Origin: TPA_inf: Saccharomyces
Lineage: Eukaryota
Reading direction: 5' to 3'
NCBI GenBank assembly: GCA_000146045.2
Contig: BK006943.2
Location: forward strand, 96,001 to 160,000
Length of the DNA stretch: 64,000 nt
Below, in pieces: positions 1 to 10,893 of this stretch; within the stretch, counting starts at the first letter, position 1, and every line of letters begins with the position of its first letter. Under the pieces are notes generated by a model. It was not told the origin of the DNA and did not search any database. It worked only from the letters and a program-made list of their open reading frames with translations. Made by a program: the position numbers and the translations under genes.

Positions 1-160
1 AGTTTTTAGCGGAAGGCGTTAAGGCAGCAAGTACACATTCATTTATCTATCTATACATCTATAAACACAACTACAATTTTTTTAGAAATGGAATTTATTA
101 TATGAAGGGAAGACATATAGAGGCAACAGTACATAAAGGTAAGAATAAAAGCGATTTTAG

Positions 161-529
161 CTAGTATATTTCTGGGTATTTCTTACATAGTCTCTGTAAA
201 GCAACCACACCGTTTAAGCTTAAATCTTCGTTCTCCTTGAATTTGCATAGTACAGCGTCTAGAATCAAAAATCCTAGCTCGCCGTCATCATTGTTCCTGC
301 AAACAAACTCATACCACGAGTCGATCTCAAATGTTTTATTCATAGATACACGAATATTGTTCAACGTAATCATTTCAACCTCGCTGCCGTTTTTCGATGA
401 TATGGTTGGCGATTGTAAAATCAACTGAGATTCAGTGGGTTGTGATTTGATTTGCGCTATTATCCTAAACACAGGAGCATTGACGTTGGAGATTTCTGTG
501 GGGTCAACTCTTGGTGTTTCGCTGGCCAT
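161..529 (-). CDS. RFA3: Replication protein A small subunit (RPA14)
   Basis: 122-aa ORF; the translation MASETPRVDPTEISNVNAPVFRIIAQIKSQ... matches yeast Rfa3 in full length and sequence, from memory. Confidence 0.9.
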   Translation of the reverse strand: MASETPRVDPTEISNVNAPVFRIIAQIKSQPTESQLILQSPTISSKNGSEVEMITLNNIRVSMNKTFEIDSWYEFVCRNNDDGELGFLILDAVLCKFKENEDLSLNGVVALQRLCKKYPEIY

Positions 530-1736
530 TTTTACTTGTGTTACTGGTAGACGATGTTCTACAAGAATGGTGAAGGGTGTGTTATATTGCTCTTTATTTA
601 AACACGAACGAAAAAAATATCGCGTATTGCCACATTTGGCGCGTCAATATTAAAGAACGAAGGCATTATATAGGGCGACTTGTCATGATTCCAACCATGG
701 CATGGGCGGTGGATGCTTCTCAGCAGTGGCCCATTACGTTAGTCAACGACTGTTGGCTGTCATCTGTTCTTGTTGGGTGCTTGCAGCTGCATCGACAAAC
801 ATGGATGGATGCCTCTACATATATATATATATTTATGTAATGGACCTCTGAATATTTTACTATGTAACTGACTATAGGAGATACCACTGGTGCTGTAGTA
901 CAATTTAGCACTTGCAAGCGTTGACACAGTTGTTGCGAAGGCCTCTTTCTTGTAGCACTTAATTGGAGTATGACTGCCATCATGTAGGGAAATTATGAAA
1001 GCATAGGATCAATCTTGACGTTGCAAAGAAGAAGAGACTTGCTGTTCCCTATTGATCACTTACCGTTATTGGAGTTCATATGGTACTTTTTTCATAATTT
1101 TACGAGTAATCCCTAGTGGTAGTTAATATTCAGCAAATAAAATACCAGTTTGAGACCAAAGGTAAGATAAGAGTTTACTGATAAAGACAAAGAATTGGGA
1201 TGACCTAGTCCAAGGGATTATAGTACCTTCGCGAGTATTGCATATAAGCTTTTAGCGATACACAAACAAAGCGACACCGGGATTTGCATATCGCTTGTTC
1301 CTACGACGTTGTCAGTTCCATAACCTCTGATTTCCCATACGGATTTTGAAAATCAGCTACGAATAGATAGTCTTTTTCTATTTTCAGTAAATGTGTCATT
1401 GAAAAAAGTTTCTTTAGAACGACGCTTTTTGCAGGCTACTAGAAACACCCACTTCTAGTAGCTTTACGTGACGAATTGAACCGCGTGATCTTGTGCACTG
1501 TTATCCTAAATGCTCAATGCTCAGAACATCTTCTTGTTATCTCAGCCTCGCCACCCTTATCTTATCATAGCGGCCTTTTATTTTCCCCTTTGGGCAAAAT
1601 ACGATACAGCCTTCCAAGGTCGGGCAAGAAAGTTTATGACATATAAAAGAAACGGGTACCCCAAATACGTCTCTTCCCATTGTAAAACTAATCCTGCATC
1701 ATCACATTAAGGAATCATTCATCTAACAATTACATT

Positions 1737-3467
1737 ATGATCGCCTTACCAGTAGAGAAGGCCCCTAGAAAGTCCCTATGGCAAAGGCACAGAGCCTTTA
1801 TTAGTGGAATAGTTGCCCTTATTATCATCGGCACCTTCTTCCTCACTTCGGGTCTCCACCCAGCACCACCTCATGAGGCAAAGCGTCCACACCATGGAAA
1901 AGGTCCCATGCACTCACCCAAATGTGAGAAGATTGAACCATTAAGTCCATCATTCAAACATTCCGTCGACACAATTCTTCATGACCCTGCCTTTAGAAAC
2001 AGCTCCATTGAGAAACTGTCCAATGCTGTTAGAATCCCCACTGTAGTCCAAGACAAAAACCCCAACCCCGCAGATGATCCGGATTTCTATAAGCATTTTT
2101 ATGAACTACACGACTATTTTGAGAAGACTTTCCCTAATATTCACAAGCATTTGAAATTGGAGAAAGTCAATGAGCTGGGTCTTCTATACACATGGGAAGG
2201 TTCTGATCCTGATCTAAAACCATTATTGTTAATGGCCCATCAAGATGTTGTACCTGTAAACAACGAAACTTTATCATCCTGGAAGTTCCCTCCATTTTCT
2301 GGTCACTATGATCCAGAAACAGATTTTGTTTGGGGGCGTGGTTCTAACGATTGTAAGAACTTGTTAATTGCCGAGTTTGAAGCTATCGAACAACTGTTGA
2401 TAGATGGATTCAAGCCCAACAGAACTATTGTTATGTCGCTTGGTTTTGATGAAGAAGCAAGCGGCACCCTCGGTGCTGCCAGCTTAGCCTCATTTCTTCA
2501 CGAAAGATATGGTGATGATGGTATTTACAGTATCATTGACGAGGGTGAAGGTATCATGGAAGTCGACAAGGATGTCTTTGTTGCCACTCCAATCAACGCT
2601 GAAAAAGGCTATGTCGACTTCGAAGTCAGTATTCTAGGCCATGGTGGTCATTCCTCTGTCCCACCTGATCATACCACAATCGGTATCGCTTCAGAACTGA
2701 TTACTGAATTTGAAGCCAACCCATTTGACTACGAATTTGAGTTTGACAATCCAATCTATGGATTGTTGACATGTGCTGCTGAACATTCTAAATCTTTAAG
2801 TAAGGATGTGAAGAAGACAATTTTGGGCGCACCATTCTGTCCTAGAAGGAAGGACAAGCTTGTTGAGTACATTTCCAACCAATCACATTTGCGCAGCTTA
2901 ATAAGAACAACACAAGCTGTTGATATCATCAATGGTGGTGTTAAAGCTAATGCTCTGCCCGAAACTACCAGATTCTTGATCAATCACAGAATTAATTTAC
3001 ATTCTTCTGTGGCTGAAGTCTTTGAAAGAAACATAGAATATGCGAAAAAGATTGCTGAGAAGTATGGCTATGGTTTATCTAAGAACGGTGACGATTACAT
3101 TATCCCTGAAACCGAGTTAGGTCACATTGACATTACTCTCTTGAGAGAATTGGAACCAGCACCACTTTCGCCAAGTTCAGGCCCTGTTTGGGACATTTTG
3201 GCAGGTACTATTCAAGATGTTTTTGAAAACGGTGTTCTACAAAACAACGAAGAGTTCTATGTGACTACTGGTTTATTCTCTGGTAACACCGATACTAAAT
3301 ACTACTGGAATTTGTCCAAGAACATTTATAGGTTTGTTGGCTCTATCATTGATATTGATTTACTGAAGACATTGCATTCGGTTAATGAACACGTGGATGT
3401 CCCAGGTCATTTATCTGCCATTGCCTTTGTTTACGAGTATATCGTTAATGTTAACGAATACGCTTAA
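1737..3467 (+). CDS. CPS1: Vacuolar carboxypeptidase S (M20 peptidase family)
   Basis: 576-aa ORF with an N-terminal membrane anchor and an M20 peptidase-like body; position and length fit YJL172W. Confidence 0.85.
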   Translation: MIALPVEKAPRKSLWQRHRAFISGIVALIIIGTFFLTSGLHPAPPHEAKRPHHGKGPMHSPKCEKIEPLSPSFKHSVDTILHDPAFRNSSIEKLSNAVRIPTVVQDKNPNPADDPDFYKHFYELHDYFEKTFPNIHKHLKLEKVNELGLLYTWEGSDPDLKPLLLMAHQDVVPVNNETLSSWKFPPFSGHYDPETDFVWGRGSNDCKNLLIAEFEAIEQLLIDGFKPNRTIVMSLGFDEEASGTLGAASLASFLHERYGDDGIYSIIDEGEGIMEVDKDVFVATPINAEKGYVDFEVSILGHGGHSSVPPDHTTIGIASELITEFEANPFDYEFEFDNPIYGLLTCAAEHSKSLSKDVKKTILGAPFCPRRKDKLVEYISNQSHLRSLIRTTQAVDIINGGVKANALPETTRFLINHRINLHSSVAEVFERNIEYAKKIAEKYGYGLSKNGDDYIIPETELGHIDITLLRELEPAPLSPSSGPVWDILAGTIQDVFENGVLQNNEEFYVTTGLFSGNTDTKYYWNLSKNIYRFVGSIIDIDLLKTLHSVNEHVDVPGHLSAIAFVYEYIVNVNEYA

Positions 3468-3703
3468 GCGCAATGATTGAATAGTCAAAGATTTTTTTTT
3501 TTTAATTTTTTTTTTTTAATTTTTTTTTTTTTTCATAGAACTTTTTATTTAAATAAATCACGTCTATATATGTATCAGTATAACGTAAAAAAAAAAACAC
3601 CGTCAGTTAAACAAAACATAAATAAAAAAAAAAAGAAGTGTCAAATCAAGTGTCAAATCAAAATTTAAATGATGATGATAATATGACCATACAATGACTT
3701 AAA

Positions 3704-4894
3704 TCAAATCAAAACCACTTGCGTAAAGGCAGTGAATATGGCCAAAATATAATACCATACACCGTTTTGCATCTTCGTTAAAGCAACACCATTCGACTTC
3801 GAGGTGGTCGAAGGCGCAGTAGCAGAAATGCTCATCAATTGAGAAGAATAGGTTTCGTTTTCTGGAATTGCAGCCAATAAATCGTTAACAGTATCAGCAG
3901 AAACAGTTCCATTGAATGGAGTGGCATCAGATATGAAAGAAACGACATTTCCACTAGAATCGAAAACAACACCACCTTTCATCGTTCCAGTAGTATTTCT
4001 TGTTATGTATCCGTAAGATTGGATACCAGTACCCAAATCCTCGATACCTTGGAAAGTGTGGAAAGTAGAATAGAGATGGTTTTTCTCCGTACCATTCATA
4101 GCTTCAAAAATATCGTATTCCCCACATCCACTAGCCCAACATGAACAGTTGGCATTGGTTGGATATTGAGAAGTCCTTGCAATGTGATCGTTTAGCAACC
4201 AAATAGCAGGCAAGTCATAGTACCCAATAGAGCTGCTATTTTTCTCAGTTTCAGTAGGCATTTCGAATTCAAACAAAAACATCTTTGTTGTACCTCCGTA
4301 CCCATAGTAAGCTGGAATGCCACTACGGTAAACCCCACAACCCTTATCATAACCTGATTTTGGACATGAGACATTCGAATAGATTATGTATTCTTGATCT
4401 GAAGAAATCAAAGTGCCATCTGCCAAAACGGTAGCTTCACTGGCGCTGCCAGTACCGTTAGAACTAGCGTAGGACAAAGCATTTCCTAAACAAGGGGAAG
4501 CTTCACCTCCATGATTTAGAAAGGTAACGTTATCAGCGGTTTTGGAACTGGACTCATAGTAGGCAAGACGGTTCCAATCAGAAGAACTTCTGCTGTTGTT
4601 GACGGTAAATCCAGGGGATGTGTAAAAAGCAAATTGTTTCAACTTCAATGGTCCACGGAAATGAACGGATAAATAGTCTGCTAGTGGAGCGTTCTTACCA
4701 CTAAACCATACTCTGTCACCCACTTCGCAAGTACACGATTCATTGTTGGTGATATCTTTAAACTTATTCACATCTACGTAGGAGCCTGTAAAACCAACAT
4801 TAGTGAAATCCAACTTTTGGTACGACTGAGGTCCACTGGCAGCGACTGTGTGCAACATAAACATGCACACGGAAAGGACTATACTCTGTAACAT
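3704..4894 (-). CDS. TOH1: GPI-anchored cell wall protein (Tos1-like)
   Basis: 396-aa ORF with an N-terminal signal peptide, a Ser/Thr-rich region and a hydrophobic C-terminal GPI-like tail; position fits YJL171C. Confidence 0.75.
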   Translation of the reverse strand: MLQSIVLSVCMFMLHTVAASGPQSYQKLDFTNVGFTGSYVDVNKFKDITNNESCTCEVGDRVWFSGKNAPLADYLSVHFRGPLKLKQFAFYTSPGFTVNNSRSSSDWNRLAYYESSSKTADNVTFLNHGGEASPCLGNALSYASSNGTGSASEATVLADGTLISSDQEYIIYSNVSCPKSGYDKGCGVYRSGIPAYYGYGGTTKMFLFEFEMPTETEKNSSSIGYYDLPAIWLLNDHIARTSQYPTNANCSCWASGCGEYDIFEAMNGTEKNHLYSTFHTFQGIEDLGTGIQSYGYITRNTTGTMKGGVVFDSSGNVVSFISDATPFNGTVSADTVNDLLAAIPENETYSSQLMSISATAPSTTSKSNGVALTKMQNGVWYYILAIFTAFTQVVLI

Positions 4895-5149
4895 TTGTCT
4901 TATTTAAGCTTGTAATGTTTGCACTTGAGTATGTTCTATTATGGCTGCTTCCTTCGATAAGGATTGTTTCTCGAGGATTTTCAGGTTTATAAATAACCTA
5001 AGCTCGGCAAAATAGACAAAAGAAAAGGGCGGAGCCAAGACTTTGAAAAAAAAAAATGGAAAAAGGAACCCTTGCAGATACAGCAAAAATGGGAAATGGA
5101 GGCTGTGGAAAAGAAAGAGGCTGATATCATTTTCTGTCTTTAGATCTAC

Positions 5150-5779
5150 CTAACGGCTTTTCTTACATAGGAGAACTACAAATATTATGAGTATAGAATC
5201 GATGAGGAGGCCAAGCAAAGACCGTAAATTCCAGTCGCGGAAGGTCTTACGTAATAAATCGTGCGACTCCAGCACATCGTGGGCTACCTTCTTCAAAAAC
5301 GCGTAACGATATTTTTTCAAGGTGTCATTCTCGTCCTCGACTTGTTCCGTGTTCACGTTTAGGAAAGACGACGGCATACCGTCTTTGCTCTCGTAATATT
5401 CTTCGCTGTTGCTATCACTGAAATTCTGCATGACGCGAATCTCTTGGAGGACTTCTTCCTTTATGGGTATCACCGTTCTTTTAGTTATGGCTTCATATTC
5501 ATAAAATCCTGGGTATTCGTCTTCTTGCAAGTCGTGGAATTCCAATTCATGTGGTTGCCAATACTGTAAGAACCACCAGGCTAAAAGATTCACCAACCAG
5601 AAAACGGGGCACAAGATTCCAAAAACAAAAAACCTTGGCAGCCAAGGTTGGACAGGCACACTCATTTTACATGATTTGCATTGGCAACAGTATTTTTTCA
5701 TCCAAGGGTTCTCATCGTTCTCGAAGGGCGCGGCTAGATGTTTTGTTTTATGCTCAATACTTGATGCTAAAGTAGTCAT
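5150..5779 (-). CDS. ASG7: a-cell-specific membrane protein
   Basis: The ORF track shows 225 aa. I trimmed it to the in-frame ATG at 5779 (MTTLASSIEHK...), giving the 209 aa expected for Asg7. An a-specific operator lies upstream (see the regulatory feature). Confidence 0.75.
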   Translation of the reverse strand: MTTLASSIEHKTKHLAAPFENDENPWMKKYCCQCKSCKMSVPVQPWLPRFFVFGILCPVFWLVNLLAWWFLQYWQPHELEFHDLQEDEYPGFYEYEAITKRTVIPIKEEVLQEIRVMQNFSDSNSEEYYESKDGMPSSFLNVNTEQVEDENDTLKKYRYAFLKKVAHDVLESHDLLRKTFRDWNLRSLLGLLIDSILIIFVVLLCKKSR

Positions 5780-5904
5780 GTTTCTTGTCGTCATTCTTTG
5801 AATTTTTGTAGTCCTATGTACAAGCACAATATAAATGACAGACTAGTCAACGACGCTGACCCTTTATATGTTCCCCGTATATTCCTTGTTTTCATTGCAG
5901 TTAA

Positions 5905-5933
5905 CATGTAAATTTCCCGATGCGGTAATTACG
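5905..5933. promoter_or_regulatory. alpha2-Mcm1 a-specific gene operator
   Basis: The sequence CATGTAAATTTCCCGATGCGGTAATTACG has two alpha2 half-sites (CATGTAAAT and ATTACG) flanking an Mcm1 P-box-like centre (TTTCCCGATGCGGTAA). It sits about 125-155 bp upstream of the ASG7 ATG and fits the 31-bp asg operator architecture. Confidence 0.7.
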
Positions 5934-6226
5934 TTTCAAAGTCATTTCAACACTTCTATTGACAGCAAAAAAATAAAGACACTTGAAACGCACGATTTTT
6001 TCAAGAATAATATCTGTCGAGAAGATGTGTCACATTACCTATCATTACAGTGCTACTGATAGCCCACTAATGCGGATATTTAAATATATGCACCAAAAAT
6101 GTATAAAGAAATAAACGGTAAAGACAAAAAAAATTACTTATTACAAATCGCAATTACAATTAAAGTACAAGACTTCCTTTGGGACAGAAAACGTGAAACA
6201 AGCCCCAAATATGCATGTCTGGTTAA

Positions 6227-8428
6227 TTATGATGATGTTGAAGGTGGAGGAGAAGACATCCTTGTTGATGCTGATGATAATGCCAACGCCTTTTTTTGCT
6301 TCTTCTTGAGGATAATCTTATCCATGTATGAATTTATGAATTCTTTAACTTTATGCCTTTTTCCTTTGGTTAAGTCATCAGGCGGCGCTCTTGAAGAATC
6401 TTTTTTAAGTTCCTTTGTAGTTAGGATTTTCACGATGTCTTTAGCACATTGTTTAATGTTTTCATGATCAAATTGTTTACTTTGTGGGTTTTTTTTTATT
6501 AAGTTGGGTACAAAAGATGCAAAGAATTTATTCCAGTTGTGCTCTAGTCTTTGGGACTGGGAGACCGTTTTTCTTTTCAACCGCTTAGCCTCTTTTGCTT
6601 CCACTAGTTTTTTGGCCTCTTCCTTTTGTAACTCCTTCTGTTTGTTGGCCTCCGCTATAATATCCTCCAAAACGCTTTTTCTTTCATTCTCAAGCTTTAG
6701 CTTTTGCTTCAGGCTTTCCAATTCTTCTTGTTTGGCTCTTTCTAGCGCAATTCTTTCGTATTCCAGTCTTTTTTGTTTCTTCCTCTCATATTCTTCGTCA
6801 CTCAGCTTATGTTTCTTAGAGTCTAAAGCGCCAGGCGTTTTTGGTATTCCACTGCTACTCGGAGAATTTACTTGTGTATTTGACCTTGAACTAAAGACCT
6901 TAGATGATCCCGAAGGTGGATAGTGTAGTTTCGTTTTCTGTTCTGCATTATAATACAATGGGCGACCGTTTTCGTGAATGATCTCCCAGCCTGGAGGTAA
7001 TCTCACCCTTCTCAAATCTATCATTTTGCTGGCTGCGACGTTTATGTCTTTCTTCGTTATCCTTTTATATGTTTCAAATTTCGACCATTTCTCCAATAAC
7101 TCATCGCAGTTTGGCTTTAAAAATGGAAACTTTGCAGGGAGAGTTTTTACTACATTATCAATTTGTGACGACTCAATACCGTTTCGAGTTGTCTTTGGTA
7201 ATTCCAACAAAAAATCTAAAATTCCCTTTATAAACTTTATATCATCTTCTTCAGTCTCGTTTCCTTTTCCATCTACCTGAGGTTGTTCCGTGATAAACAA
7301 TTTAAGCATTTTGCTAAAACAGGTGTAACCGTGTAGTTTGATAGCCTGATGACGAAGAGAGTCATCATCGATAGTAAAAAGTCTCTTCAAGAGTTTGGAT
7401 GCAATTATCTTATTATCTTGCTGTAGTAATACACTCATGATCTTCGTCACATCCACTGGGCTGTCGATAGGTTGGACTTCCAATGATTGAAGAAATTCAA
7501 TATTTATGTTCTCGTTTTCATTCTTTATTATTGGCTCACCGCTTAATTTCTTTAACTTTAGCCATTTTTTCTCCATGGAAACAGTCACTCCCAAGGCATC
7601 AGCGATGTTCTGGGGCAATAAAGATGCCGCATCTGTTTGAGTCTTACCACCGAGAAACCCAATACAATTTGGCTCCTCACAGTAGCATTTCTGAGCTTGA
7701 GCACCATAACGATCCACATTATAATCAAAAGTGATTTCCTCACCTTTTAAAATTTTTCTTTGAGCAAATATTCCCATGCGTAGCTTATCCTTAACAACCC
7801 ATTTATTAACATATGCATTGGGGCTGCAAGAGTGATTGCAAAATCTGGCCAACGAACCCTTTATTGTGGCGTCAATGAATTCTCCGTTCTGTAACATCAT
7901 AAAATAAAAATGCTTGAAATGACGTTGGTCATAGTCTATTAACCTATCTCTAAATTCCATCTCCTCGATCACCTCACCTTTGTACTCGTAAATGAACTGG
8001 TTGGCTTCTATGTCCTGTTCGGCTCTTACGCCATAACCTTTATGCTTTGTTTTAAATATGGCTATCGGAGCGTACTGCTTCTTTTGAAATCTCTGATTTT
8101 GACAATCATTACCACAAGATGAACACAAATCGTTGACACATTCTATCAACGTAAGTCTATTGATACAGTCAGAATCCTCGTCACAGGCATGGTTGACGCC
8201 ATCTGAGAATTCTTCATAACAGTCACATTCCATGAAATCATTATTCTTAAATGTTCCGATCCTCTTGTTCGCATATATACAGTCATCCAAGTTTTCAAAT
8301 TTGGTCAATGCTTCCTCTGTGAGATCAGGCTCTTGATCAAAAAGCCTTTGAGGTTTATGGCCCTCAGCGTTGTTATTCAGTATTTCTTTTTCATCTTCCG
8401 ACGCACTCACACTTTGGTTCTTCGACAT
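6227..8428 (-). CDS. SET2: Histone H3K36 methyltransferase (SET and WW domains)
   Basis: The ORF track shows 739 aa. I trimmed it to [10 protein letters not shown]... (733 aa). It has SET-domain motifs ([15 protein letters not shown]) and a WW-like PPGWEI segment. Confidence 0.9.
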   Translation of the reverse strand: MSKNQSVSASEDEKEILNNNAEGHKPQRLFDQEPDLTEEALTKFENLDDCIYANKRIGTFKNNDFMECDCYEEFSDGVNHACDEDSDCINRLTLIECVNDLCSSCGNDCQNQRFQKKQYAPIAIFKTKHKGYGVRAEQDIEANQFIYEYKGEVIEEMEFRDRLIDYDQRHFKHFYFMMLQNGEFIDATIKGSLARFCNHSCSPNAYVNKWVVKDKLRMGIFAQRKILKGEEITFDYNVDRYGAQAQKCYCEEPNCIGFLGGKTQTDAASLLPQNIADALGVTVSMEKKWLKLKKLSGEPIIKNENENINIEFLQSLEVQPIDSPVDVTKIMSVLLQQDNKIIASKLLKRLFTIDDDSLRHQAIKLHGYTCFSKMLKLFITEQPQVDGKGNETEEDDIKFIKGILDFLLELPKTTRNGIESSQIDNVVKTLPAKFPFLKPNCDELLEKWSKFETYKRITKKDINVAASKMIDLRRVRLPPGWEIIHENGRPLYYNAEQKTKLHYPPSGSSKVFSSRSNTQVNSPSSSGIPKTPGALDSKKHKLSDEEYERKKQKRLEYERIALERAKQEELESLKQKLKLENERKSVLEDIIAEANKQKELQKEEAKKLVEAKEAKRLKRKTVSQSQRLEHNWNKFFASFVPNLIKKNPQSKQFDHENIKQCAKDIVKILTTKELKKDSSRAPPDDLTKGKRHKVKEFINSYMDKIILKKKQKKALALSSASTRMSSPPPSTSS

Positions 8429-9013
8429 GATCACGTAAAACAACAACCAGGAAAGGAGAAAGGTTTGACAGCACGACTATGCAGTTTTCTATCACACGTT
8501 CGAAAGCCCCTTTGAAAAGCTGCCAACGTGACCTTACGTTCTGATAAATAACCACCAAATTACCAATAATTCTAATAGTTTCTTGGAATTTTTCACATGT
8601 TTGCAGTGAATAAAAAAAAAAAAACGTTAAAGGTGATATTGATCACGTGACAAATCTGTAAAAGTACGGATACTGTCCTTATTACTGCGATATACAGTGT
8701 GAGGTATTCTAAGCGGTATATTCACCGTCCTCTACACATATTTTAAATACTGATGAAGTGACAAGCAATATCATTGAGCATTCTTTTTTCAATAGTCGAA
8801 GTCAGCTTCTTCTCGTCGGTTCTAAACGAAACGCCTTGTTGAAAAAGACCGATAAATAGAGGAAGCAACGGCAGGAAATATATATAAACGCATGTCGAAA
8901 CTAATACTTTATGATAGATTGTTCTTCTATCAGTTTTCATTTTAACTTTAAAAACTCAACCAACAGGTATTGGACTGACATAGGCACAATAAACTCAAAA
9001 ATATTACGTAGAA

Positions 9014-10072
9014 ATGGCTTCAGAAAAAGAAATTAGGAGAGAGAGATTCTTGAACGTTTTCCCTAAATTAGTAGAGGAATTGAACGCATCGCTTTTGGCT
9101 TACGGTATGCCTAAGGAAGCATGTGACTGGTATGCCCACTCATTGAACTACAACACTCCAGGCGGTAAGCTAAATAGAGGTTTGTCCGTTGTGGACACGT
9201 ATGCTATTCTCTCCAACAAGACCGTTGAACAATTGGGGCAAGAAGAATACGAAAAGGTTGCCATTCTAGGTTGGTGCATTGAGTTGTTGCAGGCTTACTT
9301 CTTGGTCGCCGATGATATGATGGACAAGTCCATTACCAGAAGAGGCCAACCATGTTGGTACAAGGTTCCTGAAGTTGGGGAAATTGCCATCAATGACGCA
9401 TTCATGTTAGAGGCTGCTATCTACAAGCTTTTGAAATCTCACTTCAGAAACGAAAAATACTACATAGATATCACCGAATTGTTCCATGAGGTCACCTTCC
9501 AAACCGAATTGGGCCAATTGATGGACTTAATCACTGCACCTGAAGACAAAGTCGACTTGAGTAAGTTCTCCCTAAAGAAGCACTCCTTCATAGTTACTTT
9601 CAAGACTGCTTACTATTCTTTCTACTTGCCTGTCGCATTGGCCATGTACGTTGCCGGTATCACGGATGAAAAGGATTTGAAACAAGCCAGAGATGTCTTG
9701 ATTCCATTGGGTGAATACTTCCAAATTCAAGATGACTACTTAGACTGCTTCGGTACCCCAGAACAGATCGGTAAGATCGGTACAGATATCCAAGATAACA
9801 AATGTTCTTGGGTAATCAACAAGGCATTGGAACTTGCTTCCGCAGAACAAAGAAAGACTTTAGACGAAAATTACGGTAAGAAGGACTCAGTCGCAGAAGC
9901 CAAATGCAAAAAGATTTTCAATGACTTGAAAATTGAACAGCTATACCACGAATATGAAGAGTCTATTGCCAAGGATTTGAAGGCCAAAATTTCTCAGGTC
10001 GATGAGTCTCGTGGCTTCAAAGCTGATGTCTTAACTGCGTTCTTGAACAAAGTTTACAAGAGAAGCAAATAG
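9014..10072 (+). CDS. ERG20: Farnesyl pyrophosphate synthetase
   Basis: 352 aa; it carries the prenyltransferase DDxxD motifs (LVADDMMD and IQDDYLD) and an N-terminus matching Erg20. Confidence 0.92.
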   Translation: MASEKEIRRERFLNVFPKLVEELNASLLAYGMPKEACDWYAHSLNYNTPGGKLNRGLSVVDTYAILSNKTVEQLGQEEYEKVAILGWCIELLQAYFLVADDMMDKSITRRGQPCWYKVPEVGEIAINDAFMLEAAIYKLLKSHFRNEKYYIDITELFHEVTFQTELGQLMDLITAPEDKVDLSKFSLKKHSFIVTFKTAYYSFYLPVALAMYVAGITDEKDLKQARDVLIPLGEYFQIQDDYLDCFGTPEQIGKIGTDIQDNKCSWVINKALELASAEQRKTLDENYGKKDSVAEAKCKKIFNDLKIEQLYHEYEESIAKDLKAKISQVDESRGFKADVLTAFLNKVYKRSK

Positions 10073-10187
10073 AACTAACGCTAATCGATAAAACATTAGA
10101 TTTCAAACTAGATAAGGACCATGTATAAGAACTATATACTTCCAATATAATATAGTATAAGCTTTAAGATAGTATCTCTCGATCTAC

Positions 10188-10200
10188 CGTTCCACGTGAC
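10188..10200. promoter_or_regulatory. Overlapping Abf1 (RTCRYN5ACG) and Cbf1/CPF1 (CACGTG) sites
   Basis: The minus-strand sequence GTCACGTGGAACG fits the Abf1 consensus and contains the CACGTG E-box at 10193-10198. It lies about 235 bp upstream of the QCR8 ATG. Overlapping ABF1 and CPF1 sites are described in the literature for the QCR8 promoter. Confidence 0.65.
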
Positions 10201-10433
10201 TAGTCCAAGGATTTTTTTTAAGCCAATGAAAATGAAGAAATGCGTGATCGGAAATTACGGGTAGTACGAGAAGGAAACTTGAGCCACCCCCCAAATTTTA
10301 TTCATATAATAATAGGAAAAGCAACGACCTCATCTCTCGAACATTGTTTACTTGAGCAAGTCCGATTAAGAGTAAGTTGTCGTACGTTAAATACAAATAA
10401 TCAACAAAACACTACACAAAAACTTCTACGATA

Positions 10434-10718
10434 ATGGGTCCTCCAAGCGGTAAAACTTACATGGGATGGTGGGGTCACATGGGTGGTCCAAAGCAAAAAG
10501 GTATAACCTCATATGCTGTGTCTCCATATGCTCAAAAGCCATTACAAGGTATTTTCCATAACGCTGTATTCAATAGTTTTAGAAGATTTAAGTCTCAATT
10601 TCTATATGTATTAATACCTGCGGGAATTTATTGGTACTGGTGGAAGAACGGTAACGAGTATAATGAATTTCTGTACAGCAAAGCTGGTAGAGAAGAGCTG
10701 GAAAGAGTTAATGTTTAA
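10434..10718 (+). CDS. QCR8: Ubiquinol-cytochrome c reductase subunit 8
   Basis: 94 aa; the translation MGPPSGKTYMGWWGHMGGPKQKGITSY... matches Qcr8. Confidence 0.92.
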   Translation: MGPPSGKTYMGWWGHMGGPKQKGITSYAVSPYAQKPLQGIFHNAVFNSFRRFKSQFLYVLIPAGIYWYWWKNGNEYNEFLYSKAGREELERVNV

Positions 10719-10893
10719 TATTGTTTCCATGCCTCTACATTACATCGATCTTTTGATCTTCTAAAAACTTACATATATATTCTGTTTATAAAACAAGAGC
10801 AAATAACCCCCATATATTTATTCAGTCAGTCTATTTATTTACTTACAGTATCAGTAATAATAAATACTTAAGCATTTTTTGTTTTGTATATCT

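Noticed and set aside
1283-1412. Imperfect inverted repeat CTGATTTC...GAAAATCAG containing a CTGA, considered as a possible box C/D snoRNA
   Set aside because: There is no C box (RUGAUGA) at an appropriate distance and no recognisable rRNA-complementary guide, so it is probably fortuitous.
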